Assembly (NCBI GenBank): GCA_963735035.1
Contig: CAVTJJ010000006.1
Coordinates: 288,001-352,000 of the forward strand
Source of the DNA: an uncultured candidate division Zixibacteria bacterium
GTDB taxonomy: Bacteria > Zixibacteria > MSB-5A5 > GN15 > FEB-12
Direction of reading: 5' to 3'
DNA: 64,000 nucleotides
Under the pieces are notes generated by a model. That model was not told the origin of the DNA and did not search any database. It saw only the letters and a program-made list of their open reading frames with translations. Within the stretch, counting starts at the first letter, position 1. The number at the start of each line of letters is the position of its first letter. Made by a program: the position numbers and the translations under genes. Below are positions 39,526-48,715 of the stretch, piece after piece.

Positions 39526-40761
39526 ATGAAGATTAGACTCCAATACGACCGCCGCGACCTCGACGTGGACATTCCCGACCGGGTCGATGTTGTGTCGTAT
39601 GGTCTGAACGGGGCGCCGAAGCAAGTCAGTTTGACTGACTTTGTCGACGCTTTCAATAATGCCGGCGGCGATCGGTGGTTAGCCGATGAACCGCCGCTGC
39701 TGATTGTGAACGATGGACATCGGCCCACACCCACGGTACGCGTTCTGGAATGGCTGAATTATTGCGACAAGACGCTTCTGGATCGGGCTCCGGTACTGAT
39801 AGCTTGCGGGACGCATACCGAGCCAACGTCAGAACAACTTCAGAGGATCTTCGGGCCCTTTCTTGGCCGAATAAGACCGCGGCTATCGTGGCACGATTGT
39901 AATGACCTCTCAAGCATGGTGTTGGTGGGAACGGATCGATTCGGTGGAGATATATATATCAATCGTCTGGCGGCCAAAGCCAGAAAGCTGATGATTATCA
40001 CTTCGGTCGAGCCGCACTATTTCGCCGGATTCACGGGTGGGCGCAAGTCTTTGTTCCCCGGCCTGACTGATCGTGCCACGATAGAGCGAAACCATAACCT
40101 GGCCAACTCTCTGGAATGCCAACCGCTCCGATTGTCAGGCAACCCGATGGCGGAGCAGCTTCTCGAATTGTTGCAGTTGATAAACACTGCCGGAGTTTTC
40201 GCTATTCAACTTGTGGTCGATGCGACCCAGCAAATCAGCGATGTCTTCTGCGGTTCTCTGGAAGAGACTTTCAAACAGGCCGTCGAGAAATCGAACCGCT
40301 TTTTCTGTAACGAGGTGGTCGAACCATTCAACCTGATTCTTGCCGAAGTGCGCCCGCCGCTCGATGGCACACTGTATCAGATTCAAAAGGCGCTGGAGAA
40401 TTGTCAGGCCGCCTGCGCCGACGGTGGTACCGTGGCGGTCGTTGCAGCGTGCAAAGATGGTATCGGCAAACGCGACTTCTATGACATGGCAGCGACCTGG
40501 GATCGAAAGAATAACCAGGCATCCGATGGTACTACTCGTTTGGGCTCACACAAGCTCTCGCGAGTCAATGCCATGACCCGACGCATCAACGTGCGGCTCT
40601 TTTCGGAGTTGCCGGATGATCAGCCGCGACGGGTCTTTTATGAACCGGTTCATGATTTGAACGCTCTGGTTGGGCAGTGCTTTCATGAAAACGATAGAAA
40701 CAGGCTGGCGGTTATCTACGACGCCGGCCATACAGTGCTTAAACTAGCAGGTGCGCTCTAA
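39526..40761 (+). CDS. LarA-family (DUF2088) nickel-pincer racemase/epimerase
   Basis: NDGHRPTP, ACGTH, EPHYFAGFTGGRKSLFPG, RNH, LYQIQKAL. Confidence 0.85.
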   Translation: MKIRLQYDRRDLDVDIPDRVDVVSYGLNGAPKQVSLTDFVDAFNNAGGDRWLADEPPLLIVNDGHRPTPTVRVLEWLNYCDKTLLDRAPVLIACGTHTEPTSEQLQRIFGPFLGRIRPRLSWHDCNDLSSMVLVGTDRFGGDIYINRLAAKARKLMIITSVEPHYFAGFTGGRKSLFPGLTDRATIERNHNLANSLECQPLRLSGNPMAEQLLELLQLINTAGVFAIQLVVDATQQISDVFCGSLEETFKQAVEKSNRFFCNEVVEPFNLILAEVRPPLDGTLYQIQKALENCQAACADGGTVAVVAACKDGIGKRDFYDMAATWDRKNNQASDGTTRLGSHKLSRVNAMTRRINVRLFSELPDDQPRRVFYEPVHDLNALVGQCFHENDRNRLAVIYDAGHTVLKLAGAL

Positions 40762-40790
40762 TATGCGCACAGAATAAACCTGGAGGGTTT

Positions 40791-41720
40791 ATGAATAAGA
40801 AGATAGCGGTGATAGGTGCCGGGAACGTCGGAGCCTCTTGCGCTTTGTATCTTGCCGAAGCCAATTTCGCCGATGTCGTTCTGGTTGATGTTATCGAGGA
40901 CATGCCCAAGGGAAAAGGGCTTGATCTTACCCAGGCCGGACCGGTTCGCGGTTACAACTCGCAGGTCATCGGCTCGAATAATTTCGAAGACATGAAAGGG
41001 GCCGACATCGTCATCATGACCGCCGGTCTCGCTCGCAAACCGGGAATGACCCGCGAAGATTTGCTGACCAAGAACGCCGAGATCATCTCCGCCTGCGGCA
41101 AGCATATCAAGAAGTACTGCCCCAAGAGTACGGTTCTGGTCGTCTCCAATCCGCTCGATTTGATGACGTTCCACATGCAGAACGTCACTGGCTTCCCGAA
41201 GAACCGGGTGCTCGGCCAGGCGGGCGTGCTCGATTCGACCCGTTTCCGAACCTTCATCGCGATGGAACTCGGCGTCGCTATGACCGACATCCAGGCGATG
41301 GTGCTCGGAGGCCACGGCGACACTATGGTTCCGCTGCCGCGCTACACGACCGTCGCGGGAATTCCAATCGGCGAACTGATTGAGAAGAAACGTCTGGAAG
41401 AGATCTGCGCCCGCACGGCTGATGGCGGTGGCGAGATTGTCCGCTTGCTCAAGAGCGGGTCGGCTTACTATGCGCCAGCGGCCGCGTCGGTGAATATGTG
41501 CAAGGCGATCTTCAACGACGAAAAGCGGGTGCTGGCTGCGTCCGCCTGGCTCACCGGCCAGTACGGCATCAGCGATATCTACATCGGCGTCCCGGTTATT
41601 CTCGGCGCCGGCGGAGTCGAGAAAATCCTCGAACTGGAACTGAGCATGGGCGAATTGAAGTCGCTTCAGGGGTCGGCCGCGACTTACAAAGAGCACCTCA
41701 AAATCATGGGCTACAATTGA
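40791..41720 (+). CDS. mdh: Malate dehydrogenase (LDH-like)
   Basis: GAGNVG, GKGLD, AGLARKPGMTREDL, SNPLD, AGVLDSTRF, LGGHGD. Confidence 0.95.
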   Translation: MNKKIAVIGAGNVGASCALYLAEANFADVVLVDVIEDMPKGKGLDLTQAGPVRGYNSQVIGSNNFEDMKGADIVIMTAGLARKPGMTREDLLTKNAEIISACGKHIKKYCPKSTVLVVSNPLDLMTFHMQNVTGFPKNRVLGQAGVLDSTRFRTFIAMELGVAMTDIQAMVLGGHGDTMVPLPRYTTVAGIPIGELIEKKRLEEICARTADGGGEIVRLLKSGSAYYAPAAASVNMCKAIFNDEKRVLAASAWLTGQYGISDIYIGVPVILGAGGVEKILELELSMGELKSLQGSAATYKEHLKIMGYN

Positions 41721-41732
41721 GCCACTGATTCT

Positions 41733-42129
41733 GTCATCCTCCGCGCCCCTTTTTGCAATCCTCCGCGAAGGCGGGGAACCAAGGGTGTGGATGCCCCGCC
41801 TGAAGCGGGGCAAGACAAATATCGAGATGCGAATTGTCGGAACCTCGCCACGGCGAGCAGGCACAGGAGTCCCGACCTACGATGAGCAAAACGTAGGGCA
41901 GAACCCTCGCCGCTTCGGTGAGTGGTTCTGCCAGTAGGTCAGGCCGACATAGAGCCGGAAACAAACGTGCCCGGCAGATGCCTGCCCTCGACTTGATCGG
42001 GGGTCCACATCTGCCGGATGTTGACAGCGACCGACATAGGTGCCCCGGCTGAACCGGGGCAAGACAGAGATTGAGATGTGGATTGTCGGGACCTCGCCAC
42101 GGCGAGCGGGCACGAGGGTCCCGACCTAC
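41733..42129. repeat. REP mosaic between mdh and icd, including a ~90-bp imperfect direct repeat
   Basis: 41789-41880 resembles 42039-42129 (family G plus GTCGGRACC..GTCCCGACCTAC); family C at 41893; family A with nested module at 41967-42017. Confidence 0.85.
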
Positions 42130-42165
42130 AAATAGAGAGCGAACATTTTTTCATAAGGAGCCACT

Positions 42166-43410
42166 ATGGCAAAATACAAACATATCGTCGTCCCTGCGAA
42201 CGGCCAGCCGATAACCCTGAAGAACAAGAAGCTGGCAATCCCGGACAATCCCATTATCCCGTTTATCGAAGGTGACGGTATCGGCCGCGACATCACCAAG
42301 GCCATGATTCGTGTGGTTGATGGTGCAGTCCAAAAGGCCTACGGCGGCAAGAAGAAGATCGCCTGGATGGAAGTTTACGCCGGTGAAAAAGCCAACGACC
42401 TCTACGCCGAATGGCTGCCGAAAGAAACCACCGACGCCATCAAGAAGTATTACGTGGCCATCAAGGGCCCGCTCACCACGCCGATTGGCGGCGGTATTCG
42501 CTCCCTGAACGTAGCAATGCGCCAAATCATGAACCTGTACGCCTGCGTACGTCCGGTTCGCTGGTTCCGCGGGGTCGGTTCGCCGGTGACTCATCCCGAG
42601 AAGCTGAATATCATCATCTTCCGTGAGAACACCGAAGACGTCTATGCCGGCATCGAATGGCCCAAGGGAAGCAAGGACGCCAAGAAGGTCATCGCCTTCC
42701 TGAACAAGACGATGAAGACCAACATCCGTTTGGATTCCGGTATAGGAATCAAGCCGATTTCGGTCACCGGCACCAAGCGGCTGGTCCGCAAGGCGATCCA
42801 GTATGCCATCGACCACAACAAAGCGTCGGTCACGATCGTGCACAAAGGCAACATCATGAAGTACACCGAAGGTGCCTTCCGTGACTGGGGCTACAAGCTG
42901 GCCACGACCGAATTCCGCGACAAGATCGTCACCGAGGACGAACTCTGGTCGAAATACAACGGCAAAGCGCCGGCCGGGAAGGTGATCGTCAAGGATCGTA
43001 TAGCCGATTCGATGTTCCAGCAGGCGCTGCTTCGTCCGGACGAGTACGACGTGCTTGCGACGCCGAACTTGAACGGGGATTTCCTGTCGGATGCGACCGC
43101 CGCACAGGTGGGCGGACTCGGCATGGCGGCCGGCGCGAACATCGGCGACTTCGTGGCGCTCTTCGAGGCGACTCACGGCACCGCGCCGAAATACGCCGAC
43201 AAGGACGTTATCAATCCCGGCTCGTTGATTTTGTCGGCGGTGATGATGCTCGAGTACATGGGCTGGACCGAAGCTGCGAAGCTGGTTGACGCCGGTGTGC
43301 AGAAGACGATCGACAACAAGACGGTGACTTATGATTTGGAGCGGCAGATGACGGGTGCGACGAAAGTCGGCACGTCCGAATTCGCCACGCAGATCATCAA
43401 GAACATGTAG
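42166..43410 (+). CDS. icd: Isocitrate dehydrogenase (NADP, E. coli type)
   Basis: [52 protein letters not shown]. Confidence 0.96.
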   Translation: MAKYKHIVVPANGQPITLKNKKLAIPDNPIIPFIEGDGIGRDITKAMIRVVDGAVQKAYGGKKKIAWMEVYAGEKANDLYAEWLPKETTDAIKKYYVAIKGPLTTPIGGGIRSLNVAMRQIMNLYACVRPVRWFRGVGSPVTHPEKLNIIIFRENTEDVYAGIEWPKGSKDAKKVIAFLNKTMKTNIRLDSGIGIKPISVTGTKRLVRKAIQYAIDHNKASVTIVHKGNIMKYTEGAFRDWGYKLATTEFRDKIVTEDELWSKYNGKAPAGKVIVKDRIADSMFQQALLRPDEYDVLATPNLNGDFLSDATAAQVGGLGMAAGANIGDFVALFEATHGTAPKYADKDVINPGSLILSAVMMLEYMGWTEAAKLVDAGVQKTIDNKTVTYDLERQMTGATKVGTSEFATQIIKNM

Positions 43411-43603
43411 TATAGGTGGCCCACCTTTCGGGTGGGGAATGTGGGCGGCAAAGCCTGCCCTCGACTTGAACGGGGGTCATCGTCTGCCTCCCAAACATGA
43501 TCGGCAGGGTTCCAACCCTGCCGATTGTCTTAGTCGCTCAAGTTCCCCACAGCAGAGGAGCGGGCGACCGAGCTAACGCGAGTGGTGGGTCATCCGCAGT
43601 AAC

Positions 43604-44806
43604 TTAGATGAGTCCAGCAATGTCTTCCCAGGAGAGCTCTTGAATCCACTTCGGAATGATCAACATGCGATTCCCTTGAATCCAGGAGGGAGCCGCATCC
43701 CGAATCGCAGGTCGGGCGGATTGGAGCAACGAGTCTTTGTTTTTGTGGGCGACGATCAACCTGTTTCGCGGTGACTCCTGCATCCACAGGACGATTCTTG
43801 TGTTCACTGCTTTGTCCCCGAAACCGTAGCCGCACACAAACAGAGTTTCTGTCTGGCGTAATGCGGCATGGAATGCACAATGCAGATCTGAGTAGACGTT
43901 TCCCCAGTAATCCAGAATCTTGTTGAATGTGCCGATGAGGAGCATCGGTCTTCCCGGTTCCGGCCAACCTAGGTACCCGGTGTTGGTGGGAATGTGGTGG
44001 ATGTCGCCGCCGCCCCACTTGACTATACGGTTCTTGCCCGAATTGTTCGTCCGTATGCTAAACCAGTCCACAGACCCGTGCAGCTTTAGCAGTCGAGTCG
44101 TGGCTGAAGGGTTCCCGATCGCTTCGTATTGCCAATAGGAGATGCCTGAATCGTCCTTGACGAAGCCGTCCACGAATGGTATACCTTCCCGGTCGAGAAA
44201 ACTCTCCACTACAGTGTCGTGATTGAGGGTGACAAGGTCAACAGTTGCGAAAGTATCGCCCTTCAGCGGTTCAATCAGGAACGCGAGATGATCAACTGAA
44301 GCGTGTCTGTCAACGAGAAGGCGCCAGACCACATCAGCCAGATATTTGCTGGATTCTTCTATGATTCGCGCTTCGTTTAGCCAGCCTGGTTCGCCGTTAC
44401 TGCGTTTCTCAGTGTACGGTTCGAGCAAGGCGACAATCCTGTCGAAGGCGGGTTGGAGCGCGGGATTTTCATATTCTCCAGTGCGGTTGTCGTCTATCTG
44501 GGTGACGTAGTAGAAGAGATCTTCATATGTGGTCGGCCGGAACGCCAGATCATGGAATGAGCTGTCGATATCGTCCTTGACAGCGTTCAGCAGCGCGACC
44601 ACTCTCGGGACGTACTTATCGGGCAATCCGTGTTTTGCATGAGGATGCTCGCCAAAACGATAACTGTCGTCGGTCCATTTGTATACCGACTCACCTGACA
44701 ATACGCGCTCAGTGATTTCCTGTGTTGTCCGCATTCCGGCTGGTATCGACGCCCCGGCCCCCAGCAGGAACACTATCCTTCTCTGACTGGCCTTTTCAGT
44801 AGTCAT
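43604..44806 (-). CDS. SIR2-like (SIR2_2) domain protein
   Basis: FLLGAGASIPAG, VTLNHDTVVE, LLKLHGSVDW, GYGFGDKAVN; start placed at ATG 44806. Confidence 0.82.
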   Translation of the reverse strand: MTTEKASQRRIVFLLGAGASIPAGMRTTQEITERVLSGESVYKWTDDSYRFGEHPHAKHGLPDKYVPRVVALLNAVKDDIDSSFHDLAFRPTTYEDLFYYVTQIDDNRTGEYENPALQPAFDRIVALLEPYTEKRSNGEPGWLNEARIIEESSKYLADVVWRLLVDRHASVDHLAFLIEPLKGDTFATVDLVTLNHDTVVESFLDREGIPFVDGFVKDDSGISYWQYEAIGNPSATTRLLKLHGSVDWFSIRTNNSGKNRIVKWGGGDIHHIPTNTGYLGWPEPGRPMLLIGTFNKILDYWGNVYSDLHCAFHAALRQTETLFVCGYGFGDKAVNTRIVLWMQESPRNRLIVAHKNKDSLLQSARPAIRDAAPSWIQGNRMLIIPKWIQELSWEDIAGLI

Positions 44807-44940
44807 TGACCCCCCAGTTTCTCCGATGATTTTGGACTTAGAAGCATATCTGGGTATAACGCGCTCATTGCCAGCGCGCAATCACATTTTGCCCCCTCCA
44901 ACCCCAGCCTCTCATGTATGGCAACCCCTGCTGGCACTAC

Positions 44941-45390
44941 CTAATCCAGCTTGAACTCCACCTTGTAAACCACCCACACGCAGATCGGCTGGCCGTAGCG
45001 CATGGCCGGATTGAATCTACACTTCGGAGCGGCTGCCAAGGCAGCTTCTTCGAGCGACGGTGCCCCGCTGGATTTGTATATGATCGCATCAACCACGTCG
45101 CCATGCTGGCCGACCAACACCTTGACCCACACGAGACCTTCAAGCCCGGCCTGTTTGGCCTGCCGAGGATATACCGGTTCCTGGTAATAGATCATTTCCG
45201 GCATTTGCCCATCCTCGACAAACTCGTCGGACCCGGGACGCTGGACGGTGTCGCCAACTAAGCACGAGTCGGCTATGTTTTCGATTGTACTAACGGCGAT
45301 GTCTTTCACGGGGCGATTAGCTGAACACGCGTTAAGTAGCCAGAGCACAAACGCAGCGACTATCCCGATCACCATCCTATGTGTAGTCAT
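44941..45390 (-). CDS. TonB C-terminal domain lipoprotein (energy-transducer TonB-like)
   Basis: Lipobox LNAC; PVYPRQAKQAGLEGLVWV..LEEAALAA..FNPA..GQP..V.F.L; GGAGG SD. Confidence 0.8.
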   Translation of the reverse strand: MTTHRMVIGIVAAFVLWLLNACSANRPVKDIAVSTIENIADSCLVGDTVQRPGSDEFVEDGQMPEMIYYQEPVYPRQAKQAGLEGLVWVKVLVGQHGDVVDAIIYKSSGAPSLEEAALAAAPKCRFNPAMRYGQPICVWVVYKVEFKLD

Positions 45391-45547
45391 AAATTTGAAA
45401 CCTCCACCTGATTATAACGACTAACCTCGCCCCTGTCACCCATATTCTGGTCCGCAAACCACGGTCTTGCATGAACGGCGGTGCCGTGCGATATTATCCC
45501 CAGGTCACGGATTTTAGGAAATCGATTCGGTCGAGTAGTCGTATATG

Positions 45548-45802
45548 TCGGCATATGTGGGCCCCCGATCAGGTCGAGGGCAGGCATCTGCCGGGCACGT
45601 TGCACGCGGGCCGAATAGTTGTAAATGTCGGCAGATGTGGGCATCTGCCGGGCACGCCTACGAGTAGGGCAAATTGCTAAATCGGCAGATGTGGACATCT
45701 GCCGGGCACGCTTGGATGTGGGTCCGCTGTGGCGGATCGGGCACGTTGTATGTCGGTCGAATAGGCTGTGAAATCGGCAGATGTGGGCATCTGCCGGGCA
45801 CG
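45548..45802 (+). repeat. Tandem array of family A hairpins (TCGGCAGATGTGGRCATCTGCCGGGCACG)
   Basis: Copies at 45548 (with nested module), 45628, 45682, a degenerate copy at about 45715, and 45774; the linkers resemble each other. Confidence 0.88.
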
Positions 45803-45961
45803 TCTACGAAGTCGGTCGAACAAAAATATGGCGCCGCCGGACAGGCTCTCTCAAGTCCGACGGCGCCTCCGAGTGGGTGATTCCGTGTGGTCGAGTCGAT
45901 CAGCCCTGTTGGGTGTGTGCTCTCCAGGCTACTGTATTCGACCGGCCCACGGGATCAACCC

Positions 45962-46648
45962 TTAGTGATGTCCCCCTCCATGTCCTCCGTTATGACCCCC
46001 ACCGTGATGACCCCCGTTATGATCTCCGTGATCATTGTCGTCATGATCCCCCGGAATTGTGTCGTGAGGAATCGTGTCCGGCCAGATGGTGTCATTGGGG
46101 ATAGTATCGTGTGGCACGGTGTCCGGCCAGATCGTGTCGTGAGGAATCGTATCCCCCGGCAGGGTGTCCGGCCAAATCGTGTCGATAATCACGGTATCCC
46201 ACGGTAGAGTATCCGGCCAGATCGTATCGTGAGGGACGGTATCAGGCCAGATGGTGTCATGAGGAATGGTGTCCGACGGCACCGTATCCCATCCCGGGAA
46301 TGTATCCCAGGGCAAGGTATCCCAGGGGAGGGAATCCGGCCAGGGGAAAGTGTCTCCGGGATGAGTGTCCCAGGGAATGGTGTCGGGGTAAATCGTGTCG
46401 CCCGGAATAGTGTCTCCGGGGATCGTATCTCCCGACACCGTATCTCCCGGCGGGGTGGTGTCGTGGGGGGGACAAGTGTCGCAAAGCACGGTGTCGTCAC
46501 CGGGCGACGGATTGCCGGTGTTTCTGTCTGCTACACGAGCTATAACCTTATCCGGACCGGTTGCATTAGATGTGCGGGAACACCCATACAACAGGACGGA
46601 GAGGCTTAGAAGTGCGAGAAGAAGCAGACAGACGATGGAACGTCTCAT
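45962..46648 (-). CDS. Lipoprotein with D(T/S)xxx pentapeptide repeats and a His/Gly-rich C-terminus
   Basis: AAGGAGG SD, lipobox LYGC, 29 D(T/S)-initiated repeats, tail DHDDNDHGDHNGGHHGGGHNGGHGGGHH; TTGACG-16-TATATT promoter upstream on the minus strand. Confidence 0.8.
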   Translation of the reverse strand: MRRSIVCLLLLALLSLSVLLYGCSRTSNATGPDKVIARVADRNTGNPSPGDDTVLCDTCPPHDTTPPGDTVSGDTIPGDTIPGDTIYPDTIPWDTHPGDTFPWPDSLPWDTLPWDTFPGWDTVPSDTIPHDTIWPDTVPHDTIWPDTLPWDTVIIDTIWPDTLPGDTIPHDTIWPDTVPHDTIPNDTIWPDTIPHDTIPGDHDDNDHGDHNGGHHGGGHNGGHGGGHH

Positions 46649-46903
46649 GCAAACCTCCTTCAGCTAAACGTTACTGCGCCGCACCCGCTAAATCACAGCG
46701 CATTCAACTGTCGTTAGCTGTAGAAGTCTGTTTGACGCTCCTTAGAGGTTCAAAGTTGGTGTTTTCGATTGACTGCCGGAGGAACCCGCCCCGACCAGCC
46801 GCTTAGTTAATATATGAAAAATCCTCAGGCCGTCAATTTTTTTTCTTCGATGAAATGTTAAAACATTCGGCCACGCGGTTCCTGCTCACCTAGACTGCGA
46901 CAA

Positions 46904-47012
46904 TCGGCAGATGTGGACATCTGCCGGGCACTCTATAGGTCGGACGAATTGCCGACAACATCGACAGACGTGGCCCTCCGATCAGGTCGAGGGCAGGTAT
47001 CTGCCGGGCGCG
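46904..47012 (+). repeat. Two family A copies, the second with the nested module
   Basis: 46904-46931 is canonical; 46961-47012 is degenerate, with CCTCCGATCAGGTCGAGGGCAGG at 46975-46997. Confidence 0.75.
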
Positions 47013-47082
47013 TTCTTCTTTAGGACGTCATAGAATAGGCTCGTTCAACGATTTGACGAGTCAAGCCGGGGAGAAGGTGATA

Positions 47083-47850
47083 CTACTTGCAGCGTTCCGG
47101 CGAAAACAGTGCGGTCAGGTCCTGTTGAGGGATTGAATCTCTCAGTGCGACCGCCGTCGCATTGGTGCTGTCCACCGCCAGAACCCGGCGCAAGTACAGG
47201 TAGGCGGCCAATTCGTTGCCGTATTGATGATGTCCCTCGGCCAGTTCCAGATTCTGCCACTGTCGCATCCGTTCGGTCTGTCTTTCTTCGTCTGAGAGCC
47301 CCCCCGAGAGACGATTTTCCACCTGTGAAAGACATTGTGAAATCTGGCCCTGAACGAAAGTGTTATCCCGTGACGGGCAGTAGATTTTCTCGAAATACAG
47401 CAAGGCATCGCAGCACTGCCGGTTGTCCATGGCGGTGATTCCGCGAGAGAGTATGTCAGCTTCAGCCGGAGGCAAAGGTGTCAGGGACGCTCTGTCCTTT
47501 TTGAGCACCTGGAAATCGGATACCCGAACCACGAACTTGCAGGTGGCGTCACAGGCGTTGACCGACTGTACAGTCAGGTCGGCAATCTCCACCTGGCCTT
47601 TGATCTTGTTCTTGCGCCAGACTACGCCGGTCATGCCTTCGGTCAGCCCACCGGTATACCCGGCGTTGACCACCAACTGCCCGGACAGACGTCCGGTCGC
47701 CGCATCCACGCCGCTTTCACGCACCATCAGGATGCGAAAGTCTTCCCCCTTCGCTTCAATTGACAACAACAGCAACGGTGCGGCCAGTAATAGGCCGCCA
47801 ATAAAACCGATATGCCTGGACAGCACCGCTGATAGATTCTGACGAGCCAT
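47083..47850 (-). CDS. Hypothetical exported protein with a Cys-rich, TPR-like C-terminal half
   Basis: Signal peptide; beta-rich N-terminal domain; helical repeats CCDALLYFEKI and AAYLYLRRVLAVDSTNATA. Confidence 0.6.
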   Translation of the reverse strand: MARQNLSAVLSRHIGFIGGLLLAAPLLLLSIEAKGEDFRILMVRESGVDAATGRLSGQLVVNAGYTGGLTEGMTGVVWRKNKIKGQVEIADLTVQSVNACDATCKFVVRVSDFQVLKKDRASLTPLPPAEADILSRGITAMDNRQCCDALLYFEKIYCPSRDNTFVQGQISQCLSQVENRLSGGLSDEERQTERMRQWQNLELAEGHHQYGNELAAYLYLRRVLAVDSTNATAVALRDSIPQQDLTALFSPERCK

Positions 47851-47955
47851 CTCGGTACCTCCGGGACCTCTGTCCCTCTTCGTGCCTCTGATATCAATAT
47901 AGACCAGAAGCGCAAGGATGCAACAATAACATCGAGGATGTGGGGGGATGAGGAA

Positions 47956-48164
47956 GTAGGTCGAAACCAGTCCGCCTCGGGCGGTTTCGACTTATCTTGC
48001 AGCCTGTAGGTCAGGCCTACTCGGGGCCTGACATCGTCTGTGCGTCAGGCGTCAAGTCCGCCTGACCTACAATCTTCAATTCTTCGTAGGGCAGAACCCT
48101 CGCCGCTTCGGCGAGCGGTTCTGCCAACTAGAAGAAGGCAGAACCACAAGGGGTTCTGCCTTAC
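47956..48164. repeat. Cluster of five GTAG/GTAA-type REP hairpins
   Basis: GTAGGTCGAAA..TTTCGAC, GTAGGTCAGGC..GCCTGAC and its inverted partner, GTAGGGCAGAA..TTCTGCC and its inverted partner. Confidence 0.8.
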
Positions 48165-48195
48165 AATTTCTGTGAAGAAATGTGTCCGAAAAGGA

Positions 48196-48630
48196 TCAGG
48201 TGCCGGAAGTGACTCTCTTGTCCTTGCTGATGTCCTGAAATTCGCCACCCTCACCCTGATACTTCGACGGGCATTTTACCAACATTTGACTGGCCACAAA
48301 CATGCCAGTCGAGTCCGGCTTCCCTTTGAGAACTACCGAGGTAGCCTGGTCGAAATTACCCGGCACGATGCCGTAGTAGACAACATCCAGGCGTTTCGCT
48401 CCAGTCGGTTGGGCGGCCTCAGGATCGTAGATGGAGAATTCCAGCCGCTGACGGCCCTGGTCGTACTTGACCACATCGAAATCGATCTTACCCATCACCT
48501 GTACCGTGCGGGTGGTCTTTTCAGCCGTCTCGAACGAGACATACTGTACCGTCGTTTGCATAAAGGAACTTGCGCCCCAGGCAACGAACGCGACTATAAT
48601 AATTCCACCGATGATATATTTGGCTGTCAT
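48196..48630 (-). CDS. ccmE: Cytochrome c maturation heme chaperone, CxxxY variant
   Basis: N-terminal TM, VVYYGIVPGNF, LVKCPSKY. Confidence 0.88.
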   Translation of the reverse strand: MTAKYIIGGIIIVAFVAWGASSFMQTTVQYVSFETAEKTTRTVQVMGKIDFDVVKYDQGRQRLEFSIYDPEAAQPTGAKRLDVVYYGIVPGNFDQATSVVLKGKPDSTGMFVASQMLVKCPSKYQGEGGEFQDISKDKRVTSGT

Positions 48631-48715
48631 GCTCAATCCATTTCTAAGTTTTCGCTACGAATGGCAGGTCACTTCATTTCAACGGGCTATCTGCCGCTTT
48701 CGTTCCAGAACTTTT

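Noticed and set aside
36256..43176. Long antisense ORFs (e.g. 36256-37587, 37599-38609, 40758-41864, 42151-43176; also 8627-9709 and 13322-14275)
   Set aside because: They mirror well-conserved, codon-biased genes on the opposite strand and have no recognisable motifs.
45548..45802. CRISPR-like array of ~29-nt palindromic repeats with 25-28-nt spacers
   Set aside because: The spacers resemble one another (YCGGTCGAATAG-like core), the same repeat is scattered singly across the window in both orientations, copies carry nested inserts, and no cas genes are present. It is a tandem REP expansion.
45962..46500. 15-bp-period DNA repeat read as a VNTR, or the opposite-strand ORFs (45887-46207, 46229-46609) as real genes
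   Set aside because: The periodicity is explained by the minus-strand pentapeptide protein, which has an SD, promoter and lipobox. The other ORFs are shadows.
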